Below, one piece after another: positions 17,966-27,794 of a DNA stretch of 64,000 bases. The notes below the pieces were generated by a model. It did no database searches. It worked only from the letters and a program-made list of their open reading frames with translations, and was not told the origin of the DNA. Where the stretch lies: IMG/VR virus record IMGVR_UViG_3300037313_001751, positions 1 to 64,000 of that record; one strand, written 5' to 3'. Origin of the DNA: a virus. Taxonomy: Duplodnaviria > Heunggongvirae > Uroviricota > Caudoviricetes. Each line of letters starts with the position of its first letter. Position 1 is the stretch's first letter. The translations under genes were made by a program, and so were the position numbers.

Positions 17966-17976
17966 CGGAGATTTTT

Positions 17977-18435
17977 CTATACTGGATCCTCATTGTAATA
18001 TGCATCTATGCACGATTTGTCACTTAATCTGACATATTCGCCCGCTAATTTTAAGCACATACATTGACTTGGTTGCATTATTGCTTGAAGGTGCCTAACC
18101 TTGCGGTTTGTCAATGCGTGTGTCACGTCTACAGGGGCCACGGGGATATTTTGTTCATAGCAAAACTGACGCAATGCCATTGCAACAGCAGTTTCTACAG
18201 ATCGATTAGTAGAATGATGTCGGGCAGTATGGGTTTGGCTGGTGTAAACGTATTGACGCACACCAACCAAGTATAGGCCATTATCTTCTACAAAATAACC
18301 TCTCGGGTTTATTGGCTTTACAATCAACTCTAATCGAGACGTTGACTTAGACGCCATAGCGCAAACCATACCACCATCATATCGTTGAGTCACCTGAACC
18401 TCCGTTAAATATGCGCGGTTATTTAGGATCTGCAA
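17977..18435 (-). CDS. hypothetical protein
   Basis: 152-aa ORF. Confidence 0.45.
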   Translation of the reverse strand: MQILNNRAYLTEVQVTQRYDGGMVCAMASKSTSRLELIVKPINPRGYFVEDNGLYLVGVRQYVYTSQTHTARHHSTNRSVETAVAMALRQFCYEQNIPVAPVDVTHALTNRKVRHLQAIMQPSQCMCLKLAGEYVRLSDKSCIDAYYNEDPV

Positions 18436-18493
18436 ATCCTAAAAACTCAGCTTGGATCATTTTTCTGAGCTGTCCCGCAAAGTTATTTAAAGG

Positions 18494-19432
18494 TTGGATC
18501 ATTTTATCATGGCCTATATTGGAACCGAATATAACCGAGAGAATGCTCTCTCCGCGTTGAAAAAAGCGTCTGAATGGCATAGGCAGCAAAAACAAAAGAG
18601 GATAGATGCGTACAATAAGAAGCCGAACAGGTGCGCGCGTCAAGCATGCAGTGCAAGCCTGCCTTATGAAGGTAGGCACAAACAGTATTGCTCGCGACAG
18701 TGCAGTTGTTCAACTTTAAGCGGGCGGATCGCCAGGACCGACTCGCAGAAGGCTAAAGCTTTGTTAACCCGCAAAAGGCAACAGCTCGCTCGCCATGAAT
18801 ATATTGCAAGGAGTAACTGCCTTAGGCACTGCGCAGACAAAAGCTATTCGTTCACCATGGTTAAAGCGTGCGAATGCATTAAATGCGACAATGTCTTTTT
18901 TGTTAGGAACTGGCAAGAACGCCGAAAGCTGTTGTGTAATCAATGTTTTTCAAAGCTTGATAGAATTCCGTACAGTGGTATTAAGGTACCATTCGTAAAC
19001 CCTTATGATGGCGAATTGGTTACTTTCGATAGCTCATGGGAGCTAGCTGTTGCCAAAGCACTAATCGAGCGAAATATTAGGTGGACTAAACCGGAGCCGA
19101 TCAGTTGGGTCGATTCACTAGGCAAAGTGCGACGTTACGTAGCTGATTTCTATCTTCCTAATTATGACGTATTCTTGGATCCAAAGAATGATTGGGTAAT
19201 CAACCATCAAAAAGAGAAACTTGATACAGTCTCGCGACAAGTTACGCTAGTCTATGGCAGTGTCAAAAAAATACTGCAACATGTCGACAATATGGTCCGG
19301 GTGAGGAATTCTGCCGTCCTGACTTCAAGGTCCCAAACCTTGCACTCTACTTCTGAGTTACAACCGGGAAATTTGTGCGAAAATGGTCGGAGTGGGCAAG
19401 AATTGCACTTACCATCCCTCCCGGCTCGATAG
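18494..19432 (+). CDS. zinc-ribbon N-terminus plus restriction-endonuclease-like (PD-(D/E)xK, DUF559/Vsr-like) C-terminal domain protein
   Basis: N-terminal CARQACSAS...CSRQCSCS; C-terminal RYVADFYLPNYDVFLDPKND fits the D...(D/E)xK core of Vsr-like nucleases. Confidence 0.45.
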   Translation: MDHFIMAYIGTEYNRENALSALKKASEWHRQQKQKRIDAYNKKPNRCARQACSASLPYEGRHKQYCSRQCSCSTLSGRIARTDSQKAKALLTRKRQQLARHEYIARSNCLRHCADKSYSFTMVKACECIKCDNVFFVRNWQERRKLLCNQCFSKLDRIPYSGIKVPFVNPYDGELVTFDSSWELAVAKALIERNIRWTKPEPISWVDSLGKVRRYVADFYLPNYDVFLDPKNDWVINHQKEKLDTVSRQVTLVYGSVKKILQHVDNMVRVRNSAVLTSRSQTLHSTSELQPGNLCENGRSGQELHLPSLPAR

Positions 19433-20403
19433 CTGGGCGCTCGGCTTTTGAGCTACACTCCGACAGTTACCGAAAAGTATTCCCTTCCGACTCCAACACA
19501 GTAGCAGCTAACATGCAGAACATCAAATAGAATCATTAATTTAAGGATTAAACAAAGCTGCGTCCTAGGACCTCAGTGATCCTAGGACGCATATGCTTCA
19601 TCCATCATGGATGAGGCTTTGGCAACAAAGCAATTCAAGGTCCGTAGACGCAGGACTGCATGCTGCCTAGTTAAAGCAATTACTGAATCCACATGGATCC
19701 AGTAACTCACTTCCATATTCAATTATCAAAGACCAAATCTTCCTCTTTCTACAAAGTGTATCCTGTCTCTTCATCACATCCATATATTTTCGTCGATTTA
19801 CGTGTCAATAATTTTTTTGGTTTTATTTTGTGTGGCCTGCACTGCTTTAACAAATAGTTCAAACAAATCTACGTCGCCGAGTATAACAATAGCAGCGGCG
19901 CGCTTGCTACGGTTATTACTAGAGCAATGCGCAAGCAGAACCTCTTTTGCTCTGTCCCTTGCGGTATCCGGCATGCCCTATCTCCTGGATCGACACGTTA
20001 TCTACTTCCTGCTTTACCTGTTTCCAACCATCCTTTCATCAAAGCAACAAAAAACCTGGGTCCTTGCGGGCCCAGGTTGCTTCTCTGTTACATATGGAGA
20101 CTGATTACAACATCAGTTTCCTAGAAGCAACCCAAGCCGCTTTATTGGCTGGATGGTATGATTCGGTATGCCAGCAACCAACTGGCCCTGTCCCAGTTTG
20201 GCGCAGTCTCCGCTCGCCCTCATAGGACGAGAAAGCCTTAGCGGCTATAAACCGCCAGCCTCCGTGACCTATAGGTTGCAACCGGGACAACATTATTAAC
20301 ACTCCTGAAGTTCTATGGGCTGTAGCGTTGCGCGGCTATTTATAAGCGAGCGGATTCGCTGTCAACAGTTTTAATGTGAAATATTTGCGCACGAAAGCGT
20401 ATA

Positions 20404-21951
20404 TCAAACTTTATCCTTTGGCCGTCCGAGGAACTTGTACATATAAGACTTACCATTTGGTTTCAATGCGAAAGGAAAGCCCTCAACGCTATGGATAAGC
20501 CGACGCATTTCTTTGCCCCACTCGTCATGGTCAAAACGCCGTTTTCCGTAGTGATCGTTTTCCCATTCCCTATACTGAATATATAGCGCCGAACTATGGA
20601 TGAAGTTATCGTTGCCAAATCCGTTTGGCAGTAGATAAGCCCATTCTTCACAAGGGTTCATCACGCGAATGTCTTCTTGCGCTAATTTCATCTGGCTCTC
20701 GAAGCGAACCAATGGATCTTCACCCCGTTCATCCACACTCTGCCACAGTGCGTGAAAATCTACTGAGTTGGTAAACGCAAAGTTGGTTTGCTTTTTGAAC
20801 CGGATTCCTATGAAACGCCTTGCTCCAGTCTCGTCACGAATCAACTGGTCGACTTCTCTGTTACTAGCACCGATAAAAACCGCATTTTGTTTCACCAATA
20901 TGACGTTATTGGTGCGCATCACGCGTCGAACCAACGTATCGGATGTAATCAGGTTTTTGACGTAGTCAACATCGGCCCTTGAGGCGAACCCCATCTCGTC
21001 CAAAATCAATACACAATTGTCCCAAATATCAATGTTCCTGTCATCTGTTATCTGGTTAAAATCTGTGCTAGCGGTCAACTCGCAAAGCGGCGATACCAGC
21101 CTCTTCATCCATTCAGATTTCCCAGTACCTTGGACTCCGAGGATGATCGGCATAAGGTGGTTGGTAACAGGTAAATTTTGGATCTTTCGCTTAACCTGCC
21201 AGATGAATTTCTTTATGATGCCGACAATAAAATCAACATCCATCAACGTTGTATCAAATGTATTGTTGACCATATCCTGCCACAACTGATCGACTTCTTC
21301 GATAGGAATTCGTGAATGGCCATACAAAATACCAGCGAATATTTCGGCTCGCCTGTTTAGTTGCTCAGTCTTAAGCCAGTCTTGAATAACGTCATCAATC
21401 TCACCTGCAGTAAAACGCAGGTCCAACTCCCTTGCCTTTATCCGCAGCGTCCGTGCTAAGTCTTCTGTAGTAATATGGCGCTCCTTGCACGCCAAGATAT
21501 CCTGATATAGGCGTTGCTCCTGCTTTATCGCCGCTATGTCTTCGCTTGTAGCGTTTGCGAGGCGGGCGTTGACTTTTGCTAACTCAGCTTCGACATCATA
21601 CCCTTCGTGGTAGACCTTTGTGTGCTGAGTGATGCTTTTCTTATAATTAACTTTGATGTTGAACTTGTCGCAATAAAGCCGCAAAAATATTGCTGGTGTT
21701 TTTGGATCTCCTCCTAATTCATCTCTCACCTTTCTTATTTCGATTGCCCTATTCCACTCGCGTTTGGTTATGAGTCGCTCTCTCAGGAAAAAATCACGGA
21801 TGCGTGTGTGGTTACCTTCGAGGTTTAACAAATCGATATAGTCATACGGATCAATATCAAGATTGCGCGCTTTCCTTGAACCAAGATCCGCTAGTATCTC
21901 CTCATGCAAATCGTCTGTATGTGGTGCTGGTAGGGGTATTACATTGTTCAT
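20404..21951 (-). CDS. phage/plasmid primase-associated P-loop ATPase (D5 / VirE / P4 primase C-terminal type)
   Basis: Walker A ILGVQGTGKS; Walker B VLILDEMGF; then RRVMRTNNVILVKQNAVFIGASN...ETGARRFIGIRF typical of VirE/P4-primase helicase modules. Confidence 0.7.
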   Translation of the reverse strand: MNNVIPLPAPHTDDLHEEILADLGSRKARNLDIDPYDYIDLLNLEGNHTRIRDFFLRERLITKREWNRAIEIRKVRDELGGDPKTPAIFLRLYCDKFNIKVNYKKSITQHTKVYHEGYDVEAELAKVNARLANATSEDIAAIKQEQRLYQDILACKERHITTEDLARTLRIKARELDLRFTAGEIDDVIQDWLKTEQLNRRAEIFAGILYGHSRIPIEEVDQLWQDMVNNTFDTTLMDVDFIVGIIKKFIWQVKRKIQNLPVTNHLMPIILGVQGTGKSEWMKRLVSPLCELTASTDFNQITDDRNIDIWDNCVLILDEMGFASRADVDYVKNLITSDTLVRRVMRTNNVILVKQNAVFIGASNREVDQLIRDETGARRFIGIRFKKQTNFAFTNSVDFHALWQSVDERGEDPLVRFESQMKLAQEDIRVMNPCEEWAYLLPNGFGNDNFIHSSALYIQYREWENDHYGKRRFDHDEWGKEMRRLIHSVEGFPFALKPNGKSYMYKFLGRPKDKV

Positions 21952-22020
21952 ATTTTTACCCTTATGCTTATATCACAGTCTATAAAACTGGGCGCTATCC
22001 CGCCAATATTAACGACCAGG

Positions 22021-22290
22021 TTATTTTGTGGTTGTCAGTGCGTTTCGTAACGCGTGGGCTAACGCGTAGGATTTAGGATCCTGCGCACCTTTCCCAGACA
22101 ATACCTCGAATATTTTCATCGCTCGTTGTCGATCAAAAGGTGTGTTCTGTGGAATCGATTCTAAATAATAACCCCTAATTAAGAAGCACTGGCTGCATAT
22201 AGCATCTAACCGTGCTTGGGGATCGACTTCGACCGGAACAAGGGTTGGACGTTGTTTCGCGTTATCAACTATTAGCTTTATCATACGCAC
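22021..22290 (-). CDS. hypothetical protein
   Basis: 89-aa ORF. Confidence 0.4.
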   Translation of the reverse strand: MRMIKLIVDNAKQRPTLVPVEVDPQARLDAICSQCFLIRGYYLESIPQNTPFDRQRAMKIFEVLSGKGAQDPKSYALAHALRNALTTTK

Positions 22291-22302
22291 CCCTATAGAC
22301 AG

Positions 22303-22716
22303 CTAATGATCTGGCTCGGCGTGGTCGAGCAAATCACCGGTATCTGAGTTGTCTTGTTTCCTACGCCTGCTTAGTTTTGTGATGCCGTGTTTCTCCATTG
22401 CATCTTCTTGGATCTGCTTCCAATACTTGCAGATGCGCGGGATGCCCTGTGAATTGCAGCGTCGCCAAACGGCCACTTGTTTCGGTGTGAGGAAGTTTGC
22501 CCTTAGGTAAAAGTTCGCCATGTCGGTGCCCATCTCAGCATCGATAGGTGTGAATCCCCGACCATTGATCCGTTGAACCTCCTTTGCTCTGCGCTCGGAG
22601 TAGGTTTGCCGTTTGTTCAATAGCACGAGTGCACGGCCAATAGCGTGCATACCCACATCGTCCTCACGCATGAGAAGAGCCTGGATATACTCCTTGGTGA
22701 ACTTGCTCTCGTCCAT
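22303..22716 (-). CDS. hypothetical protein
   Basis: 137-aa ORF. Confidence 0.45.
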   Translation of the reverse strand: MDESKFTKEYIQALLMREDDVGMHAIGRALVLLNKRQTYSERRAKEVQRINGRGFTPIDAEMGTDMANFYLRANFLTPKQVAVWRRCNSQGIPRICKYWKQIQEDAMEKHGITKLSRRRKQDNSDTGDLLDHAEPDH

Positions 22717-22825
22717 AGCACAAAACTAAAACATCTAGCAGCAACTCGTCAACCATTAGCAACAACAAGCTAGGCACGAGAAATGTCCACCTGTAAATAA
22801 ATAGCCAAAACTCTGGAGGACGACC

Positions 22826-23644
22826 ATGCCTTATTCTGCTGACATCCGTGCTTATATAAAGTTGCTTGAGGCTGATTATGATCGACCTTACACAGGTAGT
22901 CCAAATGTTGATTACACTGAAGTTGGGAATGAAAAAGGTGAGGTTACCAAAGTAGTCGCCAACCTTACAGCTTTTATGTCCGGCAAATACACACGGCTTG
23001 CGAAAAACATTCAGCGGATGCAGGAGATTGCACAGGAAACATTAGCATTAGAAGCGGAAATTAAGCAAGACGGACGCGAAGCAATCGCTGACTTATTCGC
23101 TGCCGAGGACGCTGCTTATACCCGCGTTGTCGAAACAGTAAGCTTCACCCTTCAGATAACAAAGGACCCGAAAGCAGCAACCACTGTCCAATACCAAAAA
23201 GTGCTGAATGAGCTTGAATCGCATCTAACCCCGGAGTTGTTGCAAGTCCTTGAGGCGATTAAAGCAAAATTTTCAAAGGTCAATCCTCCCAAGCCGCCCG
23301 CACTTACGCACGCACCACGGGAAGAAAGTATATCTTCAGTCAGCGAGGCGCCATTATCTGCTCCATTGACAGCGTTCTTCCAGAAATTCTTTAGGCGTAT
23401 ACAATTATGGGGGCAAAATTACGACGCGAAGCTCGGAAAGCTTAAGGCAAGCTTGGGTGTTCATGAAGCCAGGTCCAACGTTATGGAGTCAATTTCGCCG
23501 GATGCAGTCGCGCTTAAGGTTTGGAAGGCGTTATCACAAGCGAACAGTGACATTGTGCTTGCAGAGAAAGGGCCAGTTGGCGCCAGCTTTACAGTGCACG
23601 CGGATGGCACCTCATTTGAGGTAGCCATCCGACATGTTGCTTAA
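22826..23644 (+). CDS. hypothetical protein
   Basis: 272-aa ORF. Confidence 0.5.
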   Translation: MPYSADIRAYIKLLEADYDRPYTGSPNVDYTEVGNEKGEVTKVVANLTAFMSGKYTRLAKNIQRMQEIAQETLALEAEIKQDGREAIADLFAAEDAAYTRVVETVSFTLQITKDPKAATTVQYQKVLNELESHLTPELLQVLEAIKAKFSKVNPPKPPALTHAPREESISSVSEAPLSAPLTAFFQKFFRRIQLWGQNYDAKLGKLKASLGVHEARSNVMESISPDAVALKVWKALSQANSDIVLAEKGPVGASFTVHADGTSFEVAIRHVA

Positions 23645-24975
23645 CGGATTTTTATAACCGCTACGTCAAACTTGTCCTCGCCGTCCTCTGCGTCTTTGGC
23701 TTTTCTCTGTGCATATATGGCCCAGGCCGGCTTGTTAGCGTCGGATTTTGAAGCTACCATAACCCGAGGATTGCCTATTTGCATAATACCATGCACAGTA
23801 AGATTATCGGTAGCTGCGACATAGAGTGGTCGCTCTTCACTCAACGAATCACCGGGTAAAAGGACCTTATCCTCTAGTTGGCTGCTGAACGGATAAACTT
23901 TTAACGGTAGCTGGTCGTCCGTGATAGCGGCATCGTCAAGCAATTTCCGAATGGTATCGGGAAGATCTGATCGCGCAATGCTCTGATCTGGCCATAAATC
24001 ACAACCCCGGAAAATCCCGTTATCGTGGTCGAGCTTGTCAGTTTGCTCCTCCTCCAACCTTCGCTGTGCATCCTTCTCGTCGTTTAACCTCTTTTGCTCG
24101 GCTTGGTATTCCCTCCGAGCCTTTTCTGCCTCTGGGGAGAGGTTTAGTTCTTTACTACCGGGCTCCCGCCGTCTCTTGTCTGAATCTCTGGCAGCTGGGA
24201 TATTAAGATGGTCGGCGGAACCATCGCCTGCCAACACGGCAGCAAAATCCTCTGGCGTAAAGTTATAGCGTTTCTTTGGCTTAGCCGTTTGAGGGTTCGA
24301 CTCAATATCTCCAGCTCCTGACTTGTGCGCGATGACACTGTCAATCTCGACTTTACCATCTGCTCTTTGTTTGCCTCGCACGTCGGTAACCACTACGTCA
24401 TCAGATTTGGGCTTTTTGCCGCGCCGGGCGTTAGCATCGCCGAATGAGTCGTCGCCGGAAACACTGCCTTTCTTCTGCATATCCTTCATTTGGTCACGAA
24501 GGGCCTTATCTTGTTCCTTCATTTCTGGAGAACGTTTATCCCACGGATCATTTTCGGTTAAGCCGTGTATTTCCTCTAGCGTGGCACCAGTTACCTCGCG
24601 GCCAGCGGCTTCTGCAGCGGCTGCTGCTTGGTCCCACTCAGCAGCCTGCTTGGCTTGTTGGTCTTTCCAAAGCATATCCATTTGGCGGTCGCGGCCGTTT
24701 ATCGGCTTTACAACGACAATATGCCACTTTTCAACGAACTCGTCGCCTTGCCCGCTGTCGTCGTGATAAACCAGCATTACGGGGCGTTTATAGCCCTTAA
24801 GCTCTGGTCGAAAGAAATGATCGGTTATAGCAGAGAAGGTAACTTCGTTGGCATACTGCGTGGGTTGTTCATTTAGCAGTGTATCGACCCATCCGTCGAA
24901 CTCGACTACACTATCTGCAGCGGCGACAATAGTGGCCACTCTGTTGTCCAAAGTCTCGCGATATCCGTAAAGCAT
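23641..24975 (-). CDS. hypothetical protein with long charged, disordered central region
   Basis: 444 aa; K/D/E-rich middle; 4-bp ATGA-type overlap with the upstream convergent ORF end. Confidence 0.5.
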   Translation of the reverse strand: MLYGYRETLDNRVATIVAAADSVVEFDGWVDTLLNEQPTQYANEVTFSAITDHFFRPELKGYKRPVMLVYHDDSGQGDEFVEKWHIVVVKPINGRDRQMDMLWKDQQAKQAAEWDQAAAAAEAAGREVTGATLEEIHGLTENDPWDKRSPEMKEQDKALRDQMKDMQKKGSVSGDDSFGDANARRGKKPKSDDVVVTDVRGKQRADGKVEIDSVIAHKSGAGDIESNPQTAKPKKRYNFTPEDFAAVLAGDGSADHLNIPAARDSDKRRREPGSKELNLSPEAEKARREYQAEQKRLNDEKDAQRRLEEEQTDKLDHDNGIFRGCDLWPDQSIARSDLPDTIRKLLDDAAITDDQLPLKVYPFSSQLEDKVLLPGDSLSEERPLYVAATDNLTVHGIMQIGNPRVMVASKSDANKPAWAIYAQRKAKDAEDGEDKFDVAVIKIR

Positions 24976-25030
24976 TCAAACTCTCCTATGTTTGCCCATT
25001 GTAACATCAGCATAGACAACGTCAACCACA

Positions 25031-25432
25031 TTAACGCGGAAGGAGGAGCTTATAGGCGTTTTGCCCGGACTGCATATTGCGCACGTTGACATAATACGTA
25101 AGCATTGGGTCCAGCGTCAACGCACCTGGATCTAAATCAGTCATCTGGACATCCCAAATTATGATCGACTTCGGCACGAGTGTAAGCTTAATCGGATTCA
25201 TAGCCGGATTGTTTTCGAACAGAATTTTATCCAATGGGCGTCGACTCAACCAGGCGTGCACCGAGAACTGTTGTGTTGGTGGCTCAAGTTGAGTTAACGC
25301 GAGCGTAATATTGGAGTGCTTGCGCGGCAAAATCTGAAAGCTAAAAACATGGTTCACTCCACCAGGAATCGCATAGCGATCATCTTTCGACCGATCGGGC
25401 CGATTAAATAAGACAAAATTGTCGGAATGCAC
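25031..25432 (-). CDS. hypothetical protein
   Basis: 133-aa ORF. Confidence 0.45.
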   Translation of the reverse strand: MHSDNFVLFNRPDRSKDDRYAIPGGVNHVFSFQILPRKHSNITLALTQLEPPTQQFSVHAWLSRRPLDKILFENNPAMNPIKLTLVPKSIIIWDVQMTDLDPGALTLDPMLTYYVNVRNMQSGQNAYKLLLPR

Positions 25433-25558
25433 TAACTACACCTCAGCATCTGCTTGCACTGTAATCCAGTTAAGCATCGCTAGCGGAGTCCCAAAAGACT
25501 AAGAATAATCAAAACTATAACAATCAACCCTACGATATAAATGATACTATTCATATGA

Positions 25559-26056
25559 TTATCCTATATGATCTGTGTTCAACCACTCCTGCCTGATATT
25601 TTTCCATTCTCCATTTTCTGACGCATGAGTGATCTTTGACAGATCATGTGTCGTCTTTATTCCAGAACGGTGGTATGAGTCAAGGAATGGCGACCATTTT
25701 GCCCAGTTTAGCGATGATCGGAACACTAATTGGTGACAAAAGACCTTAGTTCCCTCTACACGGATTATTTCACGTATACCACTGTCCCGCGTACCCTTCA
25801 GTTTGATGAGACTTCCAGGACCAAGGGACAGTTTTGTTATCAATTGCAGTTGTTGTTTGATCGCTTCCTCAGCAGCCTTGCGCTGTTTATATGCCTTGTG
25901 TCGCTTCAACGCAATTTCGTCCCTAAGCGACAAGTACGCCCAGTTAAGAACCTCTGTAGCGACCTTTATTCGCCTTTTTGGATCGCTAACAGTGGCAAGA
26001 TATTCTTCAAAATGACGAATAAGAACTTCTTCGTTGTGTGCGAACGTAGACGTCAT
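25559..26056 (-). CDS. hypothetical protein
   Basis: 165-aa ORF. Confidence 0.45.
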   Translation of the reverse strand: MTSTFAHNEEVLIRHFEEYLATVSDPKRRIKVATEVLNWAYLSLRDEIALKRHKAYKQRKAAEEAIKQQLQLITKLSLGPGSLIKLKGTRDSGIREIIRVEGTKVFCHQLVFRSSLNWAKWSPFLDSYHRSGIKTTHDLSKITHASENGEWKNIRQEWLNTDHIG

Positions 26057-26112
26057 GTAAGGCCTTTGGTCAAATAAAAGGAACTGCGATCATCCCTTGT
26101 ATTTACCAATTG

Positions 26113-26862
26113 TTAATCATGCCAGCCTGGTGGTGGCGTACACCCAGCGCCAAACGCTTGTGGCAATTCGGAAACAGTCGGATGTTGCCCTCCAATTTTT
26201 ATACCCCGTGCTGTGAGCCCTTTCCTGTCGTCGTAATAGACCAACAGTTCAGCAAGCTTATTGCCCCGCTTAAAGGCTACGTCATGTGTTGCAAATGCAG
26301 TTTTTTCTCCAAAACCAGTCCCCAGCGTGTTGACGCTTTGCGTCAGTGTAGTCGCGCTAGCAGTGGCAGATCTCGTTATAGAGTTCGTTGACCATAGAGG
26401 CGAATCGCAAATAGTCTGGGCCTGACCCATCATCGGATATAATTGTGTCGACGGTTGCAGGGATTGGTATGACATGATGGTTGTCTCAGCAAACACCATC
26501 AAGCCGAGCACGCCGGTGTTTTTTACACCGGCCGGTGATGCAAAGCTTGCATAGCTATGCTTTTTGTCTTGGAATGTGAATTTTGCCACTGCGGTGTTGT
26601 CCAGGGTCCAGCCAGGAATCCTAAGAGACCCCATGCTGCCAACAATATAGCCCTTACTTTCCCTTGTTGCTGGGGTGCCATCTAATGGACTTAGTCCATC
26701 AACACTTGGCACCACCAATACGCGGAAATAAGCGCTATTTGTAAATGTTAGTTCAAAGTTAGACTTGCGCCGACCTTCAACAAACGTGTTACCGTGGTGT
26801 TGGTATTCTTGGATCTTCCTGCCATTAACAAGAACATTGAACTCGAAATAGAGATGCTTCAT
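26113..26862 (-). CDS. hypothetical protein
   Basis: 249-aa ORF. Confidence 0.5.
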   Translation of the reverse strand: MKHLYFEFNVLVNGRKIQEYQHHGNTFVEGRRKSNFELTFTNSAYFRVLVVPSVDGLSPLDGTPATRESKGYIVGSMGSLRIPGWTLDNTAVAKFTFQDKKHSYASFASPAGVKNTGVLGLMVFAETTIMSYQSLQPSTQLYPMMGQAQTICDSPLWSTNSITRSATASATTLTQSVNTLGTGFGEKTAFATHDVAFKRGNKLAELLVYYDDRKGLTARGIKIGGQHPTVSELPQAFGAGCTPPPGWHD

Positions 26863-26922
26863 CTTTTCTCCTTAAGGACTTCTGCTCATCAATCGGATGA
26901 GTCTTCTGCCTTACCAATACTA

Positions 26923-27216
26923 CTAAGATGGCTCAGAAATAGCCTTTAGCGGGTGTCCATAGTGACTAGCGACAGTTATCGTATCGTCAACCTTCTGTTC
27001 AGCTATTTCTTTCGTAAATACTCCTGCGATACCCCGTCCCTTTTCGTGCACCTCTAACGTCAACGCGCGCGCTTCTGATAGTGATTTATTGAATACATCA
27101 ACTAATACGTCAACTACAAAAGGCATTGGCGTAAAGTCATCATTAAGCAAGACAACCTTATACAGTTGTGGCCGCTTAAGAGTAACGTCTACTACGCTTT
27201 CAACATCGGTGCTCAT
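26923..27216 (-). CDS. clpS: ATP-dependent Clp protease adaptor ClpS
   Basis: 97 aa; YKVVLLNDDFTPMPFVVDVLVDVF...ARALTLEVHEKGRGIAGVFTKEIAEQK is the canonical ClpS core. Confidence 0.8.
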   Translation of the reverse strand: MSTDVESVVDVTLKRPQLYKVVLLNDDFTPMPFVVDVLVDVFNKSLSEARALTLEVHEKGRGIAGVFTKEIAEQKVDDTITVASHYGHPLKAISEPS

Positions 27217-27281
27217 TAGTTTGCCTATAATCCTAGGTGGTCAAACATGGAAAGGGTGGAGTTATACTCCACCCTTAATTA

Positions 27282-27719
27282 TCAATCGATGTTAACAGTG
27301 CGTGCTTTTAGCTCCTCAGGAATCTCATATTGAATGTAAACGCAGAGTAAGCCATCCTTATATTCTGCGTTCTTCACGTAAGTATTCTGCATAAGCCTAA
27401 ATTCTCGTCTGAAATCTCGTTCGGCTATTCCTTGGTGTAGGAAAACTCTATCATCATTCCTATTAAGTTTTGATCCGGAAACTGAAATTACTGGACCTTC
27501 AACTTGTATATTGAGTTCGTCTTTAGTGTAACCTGCTACTGCAAGCGTTAGCTTGTATGTGTCCTGTGACAGTTTTTCAATGTTGTATGGCGGAAACCCG
27601 GTAGTATCAAATGGTAGATTGAAAAAATTATCACTGCCAATAAAGTGCTTCTGAAGCCGAGACAGTGCTTCGGGCATTGTCAATGTCGCTAGTTGCATTA
27701 TCTTCCTCCATTTAAGCAA
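27282..27719 (-). CDS. small heat-shock protein (Hsp20 / IbpA-type alpha-crystallin domain)
   Basis: 145 aa; YNIEKLSQDTYKLTLAVAGYTKDELNIQVEGPVISVSG...GIAERDFRREFRL alpha-crystallin pattern. Confidence 0.8.
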   Translation of the reverse strand: MLKWRKIMQLATLTMPEALSRLQKHFIGSDNFFNLPFDTTGFPPYNIEKLSQDTYKLTLAVAGYTKDELNIQVEGPVISVSGSKLNRNDDRVFLHQGIAERDFRREFRLMQNTYVKNAEYKDGLLCVYIQYEIPEELKARTVNID

Positions 27720-27794
27720 GGATTAGGACCTTATATAAGCGTCCAGGTAGCCACCCTTGTGGCCGCGCATATTTATACCAGCGCAAGATTTGCA

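Noticed and set aside
19802-20302. ORFs 19802..20104, 19927..20124, 19947..20225 (+) and 20105..20302 (-)
   Set aside because: Mutually overlapping ORFs with poor composition, in a hairpin-rich intergenic tract with no RBS-like context. Treated as non-coding.
24035-24800. Several plus-strand ORFs (77 to 147 aa) opposite the 444-aa gene 23641..24975
   Set aside because: Antisense to a long continuous ORF. Ser/Leu/Arg-rich low-complexity translations.
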